Part shown: positions 1-11,145 of the stretch, piece after piece
How the letters are laid out: each line of letters begins with the position of its first letter
How positions within the stretch are numbered: the stretch's first letter is position 1
NCBI GenBank assembly: GCA_019058365.1
Contig: JAHPZE010000001.1
Location: 224,001 to 288,000, forward strand
DNA length: 64,000 nt
Direction of reading: 5' to 3'
Origin: Promethearchaeota archaeon
Lineage (GTDB): Archaea; Asgardarchaeota; Lokiarchaeia; Sigyniarchaeales; SOKP01
Notes under the pieces: generated by a model
Database searches by the model: none
Told to the model about the DNA's origin: nothing
Seen by the model: only the letters and a program-made list of their open reading frames with translations
Position numbers and translations under genes: made by a program

Positions 1-319
1 TCAGTTGTAATATTTCCTTCTTTTTAATATCTTTTATAATTTATCTATGACAACTATAGAATACGTTGTTACAACTTAAATTATGTCTGTTTTCTTACTA
101 TTTTAGGAGGGGGTATCATGGGGCAGGAGAAAAGGAGAAAATTTCTAGGAAAATTAGAAATTAATTTAATATAAAAACATAAAAATCAAATATAATTTCC
201 ATAGTCTATCCTTTTCTGTATAAGAGTAATGACAAAATTCTTTAAACTATACATAAAATTTTTAAGAAAATCAAATTTCACTTATATTTATAAATTAAAT
301 CTAATATAAAGTGATTTTT

Positions 320-1726
320 ATGTCAAAAGAAGAAAATGATGTAAAAACTCCTTCTGAAATTCTCAGAAATGAAGAAGTAGAATATGAAACCACAACTTCA
401 AGACGAAATGTATTCTTTTGGGCAATGTATGATCTCGCAAACACAATTTACTCTATGGTAATTGTGAGCTTAATAATTAATCGTTATATCCTGGTGATAG
501 GTCAATTAGAATATGGGATGTCTTATGGCGAAGTTAGCTTTCTTTATGGTTTAGTTAGTTTCATAATGCAAATCGGAGTAGCTATTTGTGTGCCTATTTT
601 AGGAGCATTTAGCGATACTGTCGGAAAAAGAAAACCTTTCATTATAAGTTTAACAGGTATTATTCTTCTCTTTGCGAGTTTGCTTGGATTTTTTCATGAT
701 CTAACAACAGTTATAATATTTTACGTAATAGCAAATGTTGCTTATCAGTTTAGTTTGGCTTTTTATGATGCAATGCTTCCATTTATTGCTAAGAGAGATG
801 ACATAGAAAAAGTAGCTGGATTTGGGGTTGCTTGGGGCTACTTGGGTACTATTCTTGCTCTTGCTATAATGTACCCATTAATATATATATTAAAAGATAC
901 GGTATCAACTCCGCCTGTATTACCTGGAGATAAGCCAGTACAATATGGATTTGCAGGATACTGGTTTACATTTTTTATACCAATGGTTCTATTTTTAGTC
1001 TGTGCTATTCCATTTCTTTATGTTCGTGAAAAGCAAAAAAAAGGCAAGAGACCGTCAATAGGGAATTTAATCAAAAATACTTTTAGACAAATAAGAAGTA
1101 CATTTAAAGATATTAGAAAACATAAATCAATGTTTATTTTCATTATTGGTTATTTTTTCGTCGCTGACATCGCTAATGTTATAGTTCTCTATATGACACC
1201 AATAGTTACTGATGGTTTAATTATTGCGGGTGGAGCAACCTTATTTGCTATCCTTTTTATAATAATTGCTACTATGTCAGCAGTTGCTTTTACTTATTTT
1301 GTAGGAAAGTTTGGTGCAAAATATGGAGCAAAAAAAACATTTTACCTTGTAGGCGCTTTGTGGGGAATTGCATTAAGTATAGGTATAATATTAGTATTTA
1401 CAACGCAATATATCGATATTGGTGCAAATCTTCCCTTTATCTTTAGTCTAATCATGGGTATCGTAGCGGGTCCAGCACTAGGAGGAACATGGACAGCACA
1501 ACGGATTATGATAATAGAACTCGCCCCCAAAGAAAAATTTGGAGAATTTTTCGGGTTTTCTAAGTTGAGTGGAAAATTTTCTTCAGCACTAGGACCTTTT
1601 ATTTGGGGTACAGTCATGTTAACTTACGATATAATAGGTAAGGCTGCATATGGTTGGGCAATGATATCTGTTGGTATTATAATGGGAATCGGAATATTGA
1701 TTATCTCTTTTATAAAAAAAAATTAA
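320..1726 (+). CDS. MFS transporter, UMF1/Atg22-like family
   Basis: WAMYDLANT N-terminal motif, GAFSDTVGKRK loop, FFGFSKLSGK, about 12 hydrophobic segments. ATG at 320 follows a GTGA SD-like motif; the ORF-track GTG at 311 is probably that SD. Confidence 0.85.
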   Translation: MSKEENDVKTPSEILRNEEVEYETTTSRRNVFFWAMYDLANTIYSMVIVSLIINRYILVIGQLEYGMSYGEVSFLYGLVSFIMQIGVAICVPILGAFSDTVGKRKPFIISLTGIILLFASLLGFFHDLTTVIIFYVIANVAYQFSLAFYDAMLPFIAKRDDIEKVAGFGVAWGYLGTILALAIMYPLIYILKDTVSTPPVLPGDKPVQYGFAGYWFTFFIPMVLFLVCAIPFLYVREKQKKGKRPSIGNLIKNTFRQIRSTFKDIRKHKSMFIFIIGYFFVADIANVIVLYMTPIVTDGLIIAGGATLFAILFIIIATMSAVAFTYFVGKFGAKYGAKKTFYLVGALWGIALSIGIILVFTTQYIDIGANLPFIFSLIMGIVAGPALGGTWTAQRIMIIELAPKEKFGEFFGFSKLSGKFSSALGPFIWGTVMLTYDIIGKAAYGWAMISVGIIMGIGILIISFIKKN

Positions 1727-1737
1727 TCTTTAAAATA

Positions 1738-1752
1738 ATTCTTTTTTTTTTT
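1738..1752 (+). terminator. Oligo-T archaeal terminator
   Basis: Long T-run immediately after the stop at 1726. Confidence 0.45.
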
Positions 1753-1923
1753 AACATTAAAGTCAAAACGTTTCTTATTTCTATTTATTCATACGAAAAA
1801 TTAGAACTCCAATACTTTTTATATAAAAATCTTTGGTTTCCTCATGGTTTAACGCTATATAATATATAAAATGAACATACTCAAAAAAATAATCTTAAAA
1901 TATTAACTTTAGATATGTAGACA

Positions 1924-2918
1924 ATGGAGATTAAAGATATATATAAAACGATTCAAGATATTTTTCTACCTATAGAACAACCTCATTTCCCTGATATATC
2001 CCGGTTACTTATTTCATTTGAAGATTTAGGTCAAACTAAAAAAAATAGACTTATTTATTTTGGAGATGAGAAAATATCTTTTAAAGAAAGACTTCCTGAG
2101 TATCAAGAAATTCTAATTAATGAGTCCCTAGCAGATAGAATTATTCTCCTTAAAATTTATATGTAAAATTCTCTAACTCAACAAGTATAAGATATAATTT
2201 TAAAGATTTACTTAACTTAGATCAAAAATTCAACCTCTTTTTATATTTAAATAAAGATAATCCATAAAAGAGAGTGAATTTTAATTGATTGGGGAATCAC
2301 GTATAATTGAAAAGAAAGTTGAAAATTTTCTGAAACATATTTTCAAACCAGAAAATTCATTTAATAGGAGAAAACTCCAAAAAAGGAAATTTTTCTTATT
2401 ATCCAAATTTGTGGCTGATTTGTTTAACAGTAAGAATTCACGAATTTGTTTTAATAATATTTCAAATTTAATAATTCTAATCCTAAATATCTATAATGAA
2501 AATTTTCCAGTTGATAGTTATTTTAGCATAGACGATAATTCTCTTAAATCTTTCAATTCAGAATATAAACATATTTTGAAAGAAGAATTTCTTAAGAAAT
2601 AAAAATCTATGAATTATCACTAAATTTGTCGGGACGCCCAATATTAATTAATGGATTTTTACTGGAGTATTAAGCAATAATCAATGTGAGATAAAAATGG
2701 GTTTAGAATTAATAGATAGTAAAATTCGTTTTAATGATAATGAATTAAAATTCTCTGAAGAATTTCTAGATATTTCAAATCTGGCAACCCCGTTCTCGAT
2801 CATGTTTAAAAAAGGTTCTACACCAGACATCTATTCTGGTGAAGAAATTATACCCTTTAAAAACAAAATCTCAGAATTTCAACTAATTCTAATAAATGAG
2901 TTTATAATGGACTATTAG
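1924..2918 (+). pseudogene. Degraded gene of unknown function, three fragments in three frames
   Basis: ORFs 1924-2166, 2285-2602 and 2697-2918 lie in three different frames. The gaps still read as protein-like text in shifted frames (RYNFKDLLNLDQKFNLFLYLNKDNP*, EIKIYELSLNLSGRPILING, FTGVLSNNQCEIK leading into MGLEL). Confidence 0.55.
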
Positions 2919-3050
2919 ATTTAACTACATTAAAAAAGATAAAGAGAATTTTTAGCTTCATTTCAGACAAGAAATTCAAATTTTATATATTAATAAATAT
3001 AAGATATAATCCATATATCTTTTGCATTCAAATAAAAAAAATGATCAATC

Positions 3051-3683
3051 ATGGAAAAATTAGATAAAATATTCGAAAAAGTTCATGCAAGTTATTTTGG
3101 GTTTATAGGGATTGTTATTTTTCTTGTTGGAGCAATCCCAGCGATGTTGGTTCATAGTGATTTCAGCTTATTGACTACATTTATTAGTGATTTATCCGTA
3201 CCAGGATGGAACGGATTAGCTATTTTCTTTAGTGTCTGTTGGTTTATAACTGGGCTTTTCATGATAATGTTTATCTTAGGTTTTACTAGATATTTACAAG
3301 AGAAGGGGGCATCTATAAAAGCAACTTGGATAGCATGTATTTTAGGTGTCGTTTCAGCCATAGGTATTTTAATGTTGGCACTATTCAATACTAGGGACTT
3401 TGATGCCTTACACGATATCGCACAATATGTTTTCTTTTTCCCAGGTATTTTATACTTATTTAGTTACGCCTATCTTGAATACAAGCTTTCAGAATTTCCC
3501 CTATGGCAAGCATTGATTAATATTATTGTAGCATTTTTCTTCATATTATACTTGGTACTTTTTATTGTTAATAGAGTGGATGAAACGCTACTTGTAGAAG
3601 CTAAAGTTTTAGCTGAGTGGTTATTTCTTTTTTCAAATTTATTCTGGTTTGTAGAAACAGGTGCTTTTATCCTAAAGAAGTAG
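3051..3683 (+). CDS. DUF998/Frag1-DRAM-Sfk1-like membrane protein
   Basis: About 6 TM segments, FISDL motif after TM1, conserved LH, C-terminal EW. Confidence 0.65.
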   Translation: MEKLDKIFEKVHASYFGFIGIVIFLVGAIPAMLVHSDFSLLTTFISDLSVPGWNGLAIFFSVCWFITGLFMIMFILGFTRYLQEKGASIKATWIACILGVVSAIGILMLALFNTRDFDALHDIAQYVFFFPGILYLFSYAYLEYKLSEFPLWQALINIIVAFFFILYLVLFIVNRVDETLLVEAKVLAEWLFLFSNLFWFVETGAFILKK

Positions 3684-3709
3684 AAAATTCCAATTTTTCT
3701 TTTTTTTTT

Positions 3710-4027
3710 TTAATTCTTTCCTAAAGCGAAAATCTTATTTGGAAGCACAAAGACATTTTGACACATTGGACATGCATTATATTTTAGCAGCCAAGGTGAA
3801 ACACACGTTGAGTGAAAAATGCTTTCACAATAAGAACATTTGATTGTCTTATGCTTATTAGGATCAACAATTTTGTGGCAAATTGTACATTGAACTTTTT
3901 TTATGAATTTCTCGTTATTCTTTTTTAATTTTTTGCCACAAAAAGAGCAAAAATTTGTCTTATCCTTATCAGATCTAGGTAATCTCTTCCCACAATAAGG
4001 ACAAAAATTATAAATTCTTCCGGGCAA
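3710..4027 (-). CDS. Zinc-ribbon plus C4HC3 RING-finger protein (putative E3 ligase)
   Basis: CPYCG...CSFCG ribbon, then CTIC...CSYC...HSTC..PW....CPMC. Confidence 0.75.
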   Translation of the reverse strand: MPGRIYNFCPYCGKRLPRSDKDKTNFCSFCGKKLKKNNEKFIKKVQCTICHKIVDPNKHKTIKCSYCESIFHSTCVSPWLLKYNACPMCQNVFVLPNKIFALGKN

Positions 4028-4124
4028 ATATTTTTCACAAATTATAATATACTTTTCTATACTTTACTAAAAATAAAAATAGTAATAAAATGATCTTTAG
4101 TCCAATTTTTAAACAATCTTTCTC

Positions 4125-5408
4125 CTATTCATGAAAATATTTCGTTAAGATCCATATTTCAAATAAAATCCCTATGATTGAAATAATAAATGGGGCTAAA
4201 TAACTGACACTTTCAATGAGAAATGCTCCAATAATACCTGTAGGTAAATATCCAATTCCTTGTAGAAAGCCCAAAATACCATAAGATTCAGCTTTTCTGG
4301 TTTCATCTAAATTAGTTATGATCATTTGCTGGGCACCGATAAATGTAGAAGCACTTAGACCACGCAAAATGGCACCAATACTGAGTAGTGGAATTAAAAA
4401 TAAACCAAAACTGTTTGACCAGAGTATAAAAGTTAAAATTAGTATTGAGAAGTATCCTACACCAAAAAGTTCACTTACAATTAAAGTTCGCTTTTTACCA
4501 ATTTTATCTGCAAGATGTCCTCCAGGAATTTGAAAAACAATACTAGATATACTAAAACTAATTGATAAGAGGGCCAACTGTTCATATGTTAAATTGTATT
4601 GAGATCTTAATCCCGCAAAATAAACCGACAGGGAAATGTTATATACTAATACATCTAGTGTGAAAAAAATAATCACTACCTTATTTTTAGGATTAAGAAA
4701 GATATTTCGCCAAAGTTTTTTTCTTTTAGAAGGATTTCTGGGACAAATCTTAGGATTTTTAGCTTCATTATTCAATGGATTAGAGATACCAAAGATTGTA
4801 ATGAGGTAGTTACCTAAATTAAAAATTATATAAATTATGAAATAAATGCGAACGTCTTTTACAATATCAAGCATTACAAAGTATTGACCACAGACTCCTC
4901 CAAGATTTATGCCAAAAAACATTAAGCCAAACATTAAATCTTTTCTCGATTTCCTACTACTTTCAGAAATAAACATAAAATAACTTATTTCTCCTATAAC
5001 TGAGCTCATATAGTAAAAAACTATTCCCACAACCAAAAATATAAGTTTTTTAGCAAAAATTAGAAGAAACAGCCCTAAAATTGCTAAAGGAACATCAAAT
5101 AACCAAATTTTTTTACGATTAAAGCGATCAGATAATTTTCCTACCCATGGTCTTGGAAAAAACATTATTATCCCTCCGATGGTTATAAGAATTCCTGTAA
5201 TAAAGAGTGATCCTGTAACTTCCAATAAGAATGGTTGATAAACTAAAAAAAATGGACTTGAACTAAAACCATAAATTAATGCCATAAAAAATAAAGCCCA
5301 GAGATTCCTACGCTTTAATTTTTCTTCTTCTTGCATATCCTTAACATCATTATAAACTTCTTTAATCTCCTCTAAATCTTCCTGAAAACGTATTTTCATG
5401 CTATTCAC
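4125..5408 (-). CDS. MFS transporter
   Basis: GKLSDRFNRK and GHLADKIGKK MFS loop motifs, about 12 TM segments. Confidence 0.85.
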   Translation of the reverse strand: MNSMKIRFQEDLEEIKEVYNDVKDMQEEEKLKRRNLWALFFMALIYGFSSSPFFLVYQPFLLEVTGSLFITGILITIGGIIMFFPRPWVGKLSDRFNRKKIWLFDVPLAILGLFLLIFAKKLIFLVVGIVFYYMSSVIGEISYFMFISESSRKSRKDLMFGLMFFGINLGGVCGQYFVMLDIVKDVRIYFIIYIIFNLGNYLITIFGISNPLNNEAKNPKICPRNPSKRKKLWRNIFLNPKNKVVIIFFTLDVLVYNISLSVYFAGLRSQYNLTYEQLALLSISFSISSIVFQIPGGHLADKIGKKRTLIVSELFGVGYFSILILTFILWSNSFGLFLIPLLSIGAILRGLSASTFIGAQQMIITNLDETRKAESYGILGFLQGIGYLPTGIIGAFLIESVSYLAPFIISIIGILFEIWILTKYFHE

Positions 5409-5799
5409 CCAATTTTTATTAATTATTTTTCAATTCTTACTTTAATTCTCCCAAATTTGATCTTATAGAGCCTATCTACCCTAGCTACTTTAACTGAAGT
5501 TCTTACTTCTCTACTTCAGGAAAATCGGTTTATAACAAATTATCATATACTTTTGAAGTAAGTTAATGTATAAAATAATTGGTAAAGTTCATAGCAATAT
5601 CTATCATTCTATTAGCTAAAATTAGTACTTAGAAGAAAAGTTTATTTCAAATATGATAAACGCTATAAACTTATTCCATTTTTAATCACTATAATTATTA
5701 GCACATCTTAAATATTTAAATTTTTAGGTTTGAATTGGATTTTTTAAAGAAGAAAAAATAATTTATTCGTAATTTTTAACGATAATATTAAGTTAATTA

Positions 5800-6585
5800 T
5801 TATTTATGCTTTTGAATAAATTCTTTTAATGTTGTAGTATATTCCTCTTTAAATGAGAAAATGTTATTATGCCCAGCATCTTCAATTAGAACTAATTTTT
5901 TTTCAACTCCCTCTGGGATGCATTCATAGATCAGTTTTCCTTCATCACACGGAATAACCCAATCTTGAGTTCCATGAATAATTAATACTGGCTTTTGGAA
6001 TTTTCTAAGTCTAGTATCATTTGAATAGTCACTCAATCCATCTGGAGTAATACCTGGCCCACTCACTCTGAATAGTCTCGTCATCATATTGTACATACTA
6101 GCAAATCCACTTTCAAAAATAATACCTTTCAAACTATCTGGGTTATAAGAGCCAATTTCTGAAGCACACACACTACCAAGCGAACGTCCTAACACAAATA
6201 AAGAGTCTTCTAAGTTTTCTTCGATCATCCATTTATGAAATTCATTATAAACGGGTAGTGCATCAGTAATCAAACTACTATATATTGGGTTGCCTGAACT
6301 GAAACCATAACCGCGAAAGTCAACAACTGCCAAATTTACTCCACAATCGAAAAAAAAGTTTAAGAAATATTGGTAATCAGCTGCAATCTCTCCATTTCCA
6401 TGAAATAACAATATTGTTGGGAGGTTCACATCATTTAAATAGAAAAATCCTCCTATCATAATGTTTTTACTTATTTCAAATTTTAAGATTTTTATGTTTG
6501 GACCTAAATTAGTTGGGATAGGAATTCTTCTGGGGTAAAAGACAATATTAGAAACTGTTGGATTATCTATTAATTTTTTCACCAT
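5800..6585 (-). CDS. Alpha/beta hydrolase, ABHD13/17-BEM46-like
   Basis: FHGNGE, DFRGYGFS, nucleophile GRSLG, HGTQD, AGHNN triad motifs. Confidence 0.85.
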   Translation of the reverse strand: MVKKLIDNPTVSNIVFYPRRIPIPTNLGPNIKILKFEISKNIMIGGFFYLNDVNLPTILLFHGNGEIAADYQYFLNFFFDCGVNLAVVDFRGYGFSSGNPIYSSLITDALPVYNEFHKWMIEENLEDSLFVLGRSLGSVCASEIGSYNPDSLKGIIFESGFASMYNMMTRLFRVSGPGITPDGLSDYSNDTRLRKFQKPVLIIHGTQDWVIPCDEGKLIYECIPEGVEKKLVLIEDAGHNNIFSFKEEYTTTLKEFIQKHK

Positions 6586-6743
6586 AATAGAAAAACCTCA
6601 CTTATGTTTTTAAAAATTGCTCAAATGCTTAAATTATTTTGTTAATAATTTTTGACAAAATTGAAAATCCTTAAATAAAATTGGTATAATTTGTACATAC
6701 CGTAAATCTAATTTTTAAAATTTAAAAGAGTTATATATGAACT

Positions 6744-7055
6744 ATGGGAGTTATAATGATAACTACATGGTATCCTAGCCATAAAAGTATGGATATTGGT
6801 AAAATGTATTTAAAGCAACCAAGAGAGGTACCATATGTTACAAAATGGCGTGTTTTTAATACTCCAGCTGGGAAGGATGGTATGAAACAATACCATTTAA
6901 TATATACAGAAAGAGGAAAATTAGAAGAAGCAGTTATGGAACTATGGAAATATTTTACTCCATTTGCTTTACAGATAGAAGGATATAATATGACAGTTGA
7001 AATGCTAATTGGAGTATCAGATACCTATAAAATGGCAGGAATGAAATGGGAATAA
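6744..7055 (+). CDS. Hypothetical protein
   Basis: 103-aa ORF with protein-like composition, followed by a T-run. Confidence 0.7.
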   Translation: MGVIMITTWYPSHKSMDIGKMYLKQPREVPYVTKWRVFNTPAGKDGMKQYHLIYTERGKLEEAVMELWKYFTPFALQIEGYNMTVEMLIGVSDTYKMAGMKWE

Positions 7056-7100
7056 GTTCCTAATTAATTTAAATTCTTTTTTTTTATTTTGAGAGAAAAA

Positions 7101-7661
7101 TCACTTTCTAATCCTGAGAAACTTTTTCTTAAAAAACATAATAATAAGTATCATTGTGCTAAGTAGGATTATTGAAAATGTTATCACATTGAAATCAATA
7201 TTTGGTTGACCATCAGTACAAACAATATATCCCTCAGCTATCCAACCATCTATACCGCCCAACATGTTATATATTAAAGTAAAGTTATGATTATCAACAA
7301 GATTCTGGCTTGCTAGAGCACTTCTATAGCCAGACTTACAATACACAATTATTTCAGTATTTTTATATGAGTTTAGTTCGCTGATTCTTGCATCAATTTC
7401 TGAAACAGGTATTAAAATTGCATTACATAGGTGATTTTCATTATACTCCGATTGTTCTCTAACATCAAGTATAACCAAGTTTGGATATTGAGTATTGTTG
7501 TTTATCATATTATAAGCGGTTTGTACAGAAATATTTGTTACAGTCTGAGCTTTGACATTTACTACAGGCATCAAAATAAAGGTCTGTAATAAAAAGAATA
7601 AAATAGAGAATAATATAATATTTTTAGCATTAAATAATTTTAACTCGGTTTTTGAAGTCAT
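7101..7661 (-). CDS. Exported, membrane-anchored rhodanese-domain protein
   Basis: N-terminal signal-like hydrophobic stretch, LDVRE, active loop YCKSGYRS, MLGGIDGW, C-terminal TM plus basic tail. Confidence 0.85.
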   Translation of the reverse strand: MTSKTELKLFNAKNIILFSILFFLLQTFILMPVVNVKAQTVTNISVQTAYNMINNNTQYPNLVILDVREQSEYNENHLCNAILIPVSEIDARISELNSYKNTEIIVYCKSGYRSALASQNLVDNHNFTLIYNMLGGIDGWIAEGYIVCTDGQPNIDFNVITFSIILLSTMILIIMFFKKKFLRIRK

Positions 7662-7840
7662 ACTATTACCATTATTGTTATAATTAGATTATTTTAAAAT
7701 TTTACTCAGAAGAAAAACGTATCTAAGTATTTTAATCTTACTATTAAAGTAATTTACTTTTCTAATCTGCTTAATAAAATTCTCTTTATAAATTAGATTT
7801 TAAAATTAAATACTTTTTATGATAGTAAAATTATAAATTA

Positions 7841-8587
7841 TTATTTTGCTTTTCCTTGACTGGCAACAGCCTCAATTGATTTAGCTATTTCTTCTGCATT
7901 GCCAAGATAATAATGTGCAATTGGCTTTAAATTATCATCTAATTCATATATCAATGGAACACCAGTAGGTATATTTAATTCGACTACTTCTTCATCTGGC
8001 ATATTATCAAGATATTTAACAAGTGCTCTTAAACTATTTCCATGAGCTGAAATCAAGACTTTCTTGCCAGATTTTATAGTTGGGATGATTGTATCATACC
8101 AATAAGGTAAGACTCTTGCAACTGTATCTTTCAAACATTCAGTTAAAGGAAGCTCATCAGCAGTTAAACCTTTATATTTCTCCTCATTTCCAGGATATCG
8201 TGGATCGCTTGTTTTAAGGGGAGGGGGTGGCACATCATAACTCCTTCTCCAAATCAGAACTTGTTCTTCACCAACATCTTTTGCCATTTCAGATTTTGAA
8301 TATCCTTGTAAGGCACCATAATGTCTTTCATTTAATCGCCAAGAACGAAACACTGGAATCCACATTAAATCCATCTTATCTAAGACAATCCAAAGAGTTC
8401 TAATTCCTCTTTTAAGTACCGATGTATATGCTATATCAAAAGTGTATCCTTCTTCTTTCAATAATTTGGCTGCTTCTATCGCTTCTTGAACCCCTTTTTC
8501 TGAAAGATCCACATCTGTCCAACCAGTAAACTTGTTTTCTTTATTCCATGTACTTTCTCCATGCCTTAGAAGCACGACTTTATACAT
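7841..8587 (-). CDS. gpmA: 2,3-bisphosphoglycerate-dependent phosphoglycerate mutase
   Basis: [51 protein letters not shown]; ATG at 8587 after a GTGA SD. Confidence 0.95.
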   Translation of the reverse strand: MYKVVLLRHGESTWNKENKFTGWTDVDLSEKGVQEAIEAAKLLKEEGYTFDIAYTSVLKRGIRTLWIVLDKMDLMWIPVFRSWRLNERHYGALQGYSKSEMAKDVGEEQVLIWRRSYDVPPPPLKTSDPRYPGNEEKYKGLTADELPLTECLKDTVARVLPYWYDTIIPTIKSGKKVLISAHGNSLRALVKYLDNMPDEEVVELNIPTGVPLIYELDDNLKPIAHYYLGNAEEIAKSIEAVASQGKAK

Positions 8588-8717
8588 TTTAATCACATTT
8601 TGAACTTGTATTTAATACATTATTTGAATATTTTAAAACTTAATATATAAATTCTTTCTCTAAAAAAGAATGAAAAAAAAAGTAAAATTAAAATTACATA
8701 TTTTCTCTTATGAATGG

Positions 8718-10142
8718 CTATGAGTGATCGATTTTTGAAGATGTTTCTAATTCTTCTAATTTTTTGTGTTTTTCCCCATGTAATATAAGTATATCTTTTT
8801 GAATCTTTTCCCAATATTCTCCTTTTATTGGATATAATTGCAATATTAAAGCTGCTATTATTAATGCAATTCCTGGTATTAATCCAATAAAAAGCCTAAT
8901 TGCAAAAATTGCTGCTTCTGGTTGTGGAAGAACTGGGTCTTCACCAAGAGCGTGAGGAATAAAGTTAGCTAAATCTAATAGTGCAGCGGGAATTATTATA
9001 GCTATACTTTGTGCAGGTTTAGTAAAAAGGGCGTTCATACCAAAGAAAGCAGCTTCTCGTCTCACTCCTGTTTTCAATTCATCTTCATCAGATATTTGAG
9101 CAAATAATACATTAGTAAAAATTAAAGGTCCTACAAAACCAATTGCTGCAATAGCTAAAGCTAAATAGACTAATCCTATTATATCAATAGCAGTAATAAT
9201 AAATAACAGAATTAGTCCAGATCCACCGATTAGTAGTAAGAATTGGTCGCTTCTTACTACTCCCCATTTTTTAATTAATTTCGGAGTCATCCAGATACCG
9301 GCGAGGAGTGGTATAAATATAAACAATAATAAGATTATTGTAGATTGTTGTAGAACATAATCTGCTAAATAGAAGAGAGACCCAACAATTAATGACTGTA
9401 TAAGTATTCCCATAAAATTAGCTGCAGTAACGACAAGAAAGGATTTGTTTTTAATTGTGACTTTAAAAGCCTTTGCAAATCCTAAAGGTTCACCTATTTT
9501 AGTGAATTCTGGCCTCTCTGTGAATTTATAAGAAGTATACAAGATTAATGCCATACCCAAAATTCCAACTAAAACCATTGACATCAGAAGTAAGAAACGT
9601 GATTGATTACGAAATAAATCTGGGATAATGAAACCGAAAATCGTACCAACCATACTAAAAAATTGCCAATACATATTGAGGCCATTTCGCTCTTGTTCAT
9701 CTTCGGTCAGCTCGGGTAGAAGAGCAGAATACACAAGAAATATTATTGTATAAGCTGTATCATAAAGACATGTCGTAATAACCATCCACCAGAATATACT
9801 CCAATTTCCTGCACTCACATTTGGAGCAAACCAGACTAATATAAATGTTAAAGCTAAAAATGGAGCAGTGAATCTTATGAATGGAATTCTCCTTCCTTTT
9901 TTGATTTTTGACTTATCTGAATAAAACCCGAATATTGGATCATTTAAAGCATTAACTATTAAATAGATGATTTGGACATAATAGATAATCACTGCGTTCT
10001 CTACAAGGCCTAAATAATCTATGTAAAAAATTGGTAATAGTGATGCGTAAATACCTCCAATTATTGATCCACCAAGACTTGCCATACCCCATTGTAATTT
10101 ACGTGTTTTTGAAAACTTAGGTGGTGTTCTACCGATTGACAT
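8718..10142 (-). CDS. GPH family (MelB-like) glycoside:cation symporter
   Basis: NALNDPIFGFYSD, GRRIPFI, LLPELT, DEDELKTGVRREAAFFG. Confidence 0.85.
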   Translation of the reverse strand: MSIGRTPPKFSKTRKLQWGMASLGGSIIGGIYASLLPIFYIDYLGLVENAVIIYYVQIIYLIVNALNDPIFGFYSDKSKIKKGRRIPFIRFTAPFLALTFILVWFAPNVSAGNWSIFWWMVITTCLYDTAYTIIFLVYSALLPELTEDEQERNGLNMYWQFFSMVGTIFGFIIPDLFRNQSRFLLLMSMVLVGILGMALILYTSYKFTERPEFTKIGEPLGFAKAFKVTIKNKSFLVVTAANFMGILIQSLIVGSLFYLADYVLQQSTIILLLFIFIPLLAGIWMTPKLIKKWGVVRSDQFLLLIGGSGLILLFIITAIDIIGLVYLALAIAAIGFVGPLIFTNVLFAQISDEDELKTGVRREAAFFGMNALFTKPAQSIAIIIPAALLDLANFIPHALGEDPVLPQPEAAIFAIRLFIGLIPGIALIIAALILQLYPIKGEYWEKIQKDILILHGEKHKKLEELETSSKIDHS

Positions 10143-10254
10143 TATTGATCAATTTTATTTTTTTTTTTTATAAGAGTGAATTTTTCTTAATGAAAATATT
10201 TCGACTATTTTCTTTATAAAAATTTATTTTAACAAATTATTAATTTATTTAAAA

Positions 10255-11145
10255 TTAGTTTAGTTTTTGGTTTGAAAATTGATTTATATCAAATTTAATT
10301 CTTTCGCCGGTATCTATCAATCTTCTCATTGGCTGTTTCTTACTATCTTCTATGGCAATCTGAGTTGGTTGATATTTTTGCGCCGGATTTCCAATGTAGA
10401 TCCAATCGGGCTCTATAATTTGATTAATGTATGTGACTGTCCACACTCCTAAAGTTGATCCTTTCCCGATTATCGTACCTGGTGAAACAATCGAATTTGC
10501 TCCTAAAACTACATGATCACCTATAATAACTTTTTTAATTAGAAGATAATCAATATTCTCTATTCTGACAATAGTGCTCGAAAAAATTTGAGCTCCTTGC
10601 CCTATCATAATATTATTCCCATACTCAATAAATTCAACATCGCTCCAACCATCAAACATAGTACTTTTAAAATCGGCATTTATATCACACATTTTAAAAG
10701 CAAAATTATTGACCCATGGAAAACAGAAATTATTCCATATCAGAAAAATGAATTTTTTCACAGTTACTCGTAAGCAGAAACAAAAATAGTCTTTATCGTT
10801 TCTATCAATTTTAAAAAGCCCCTCTTTTGGCTTATGAATTAATTTAAGAATTATTAAACACAATTTACCTAAAAGTAAACTAAGGAGAATATAGGAGCCC
10901 CACCAAGCCAAAATATCAATAAAGAATAATACAATTCTCCAATGAAAAAGATTTGAATCCATTGCAAAACTAAAAAAAGTTAATATCATTACTGAAGGCA
11001 TTACGAATGAAAGAAGATGCAATAATAAATAGAGTAAAGATGACGTAAAGGTCCATTTAAATCCATTTGTTGTTATAGGGATCTTTTTAATATCAATTGA
11101 ATTTTCTCCAGATTTATCAACTGAAATTCCATTATCCTCCATCAT
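10255..11145 (-). CDS. Membrane protein with one left-handed beta-helix (hexapeptide) acyltransferase-like domain
   Basis: 2 TM segments, then KPKEGLF, IEYGNNIMIGQGA, VIIGDHVVLGANSIVSPGTIIGKGS, GNPAQ; start after GGAGGTGA SD. Confidence 0.75.
   Translation of the reverse strand: MMEDNGISVDKSGENSIDIKKIPITTNGFKWTFTSSLLYLLLHLLSFVMPSVMILTFFSFAMDSNLFHWRIVLFFIDILAWWGSYILLSLLLGKLCLIILKLIHKPKEGLFKIDRNDKDYFCFCLRVTVKKFIFLIWNNFCFPWVNNFAFKMCDINADFKSTMFDGWSDVEFIEYGNNIMIGQGAQIFSSTIVRIENIDYLLIKKVIIGDHVVLGANSIVSPGTIIGKGSTLGVWTVTYINQIIEPDWIYIGNPAQKYQPTQIAIEDSKKQPMRRLIDTGERIKFDINQFSNQKLN

Noticed and set aside
104-174. AGGAGG followed by an 18-codon ORF (MGQEKRRKFLGKLEINLI)
   Set aside because: Too short, at the window edge, and without independent support.
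5440-5545. ctgaagt/acttcag hairpin upstream of the MFS gene as a riboswitch, or a decayed ORF
   Set aside because: Only a 7-bp stem with no recognisable RNA family; cannot be distinguished from chance.
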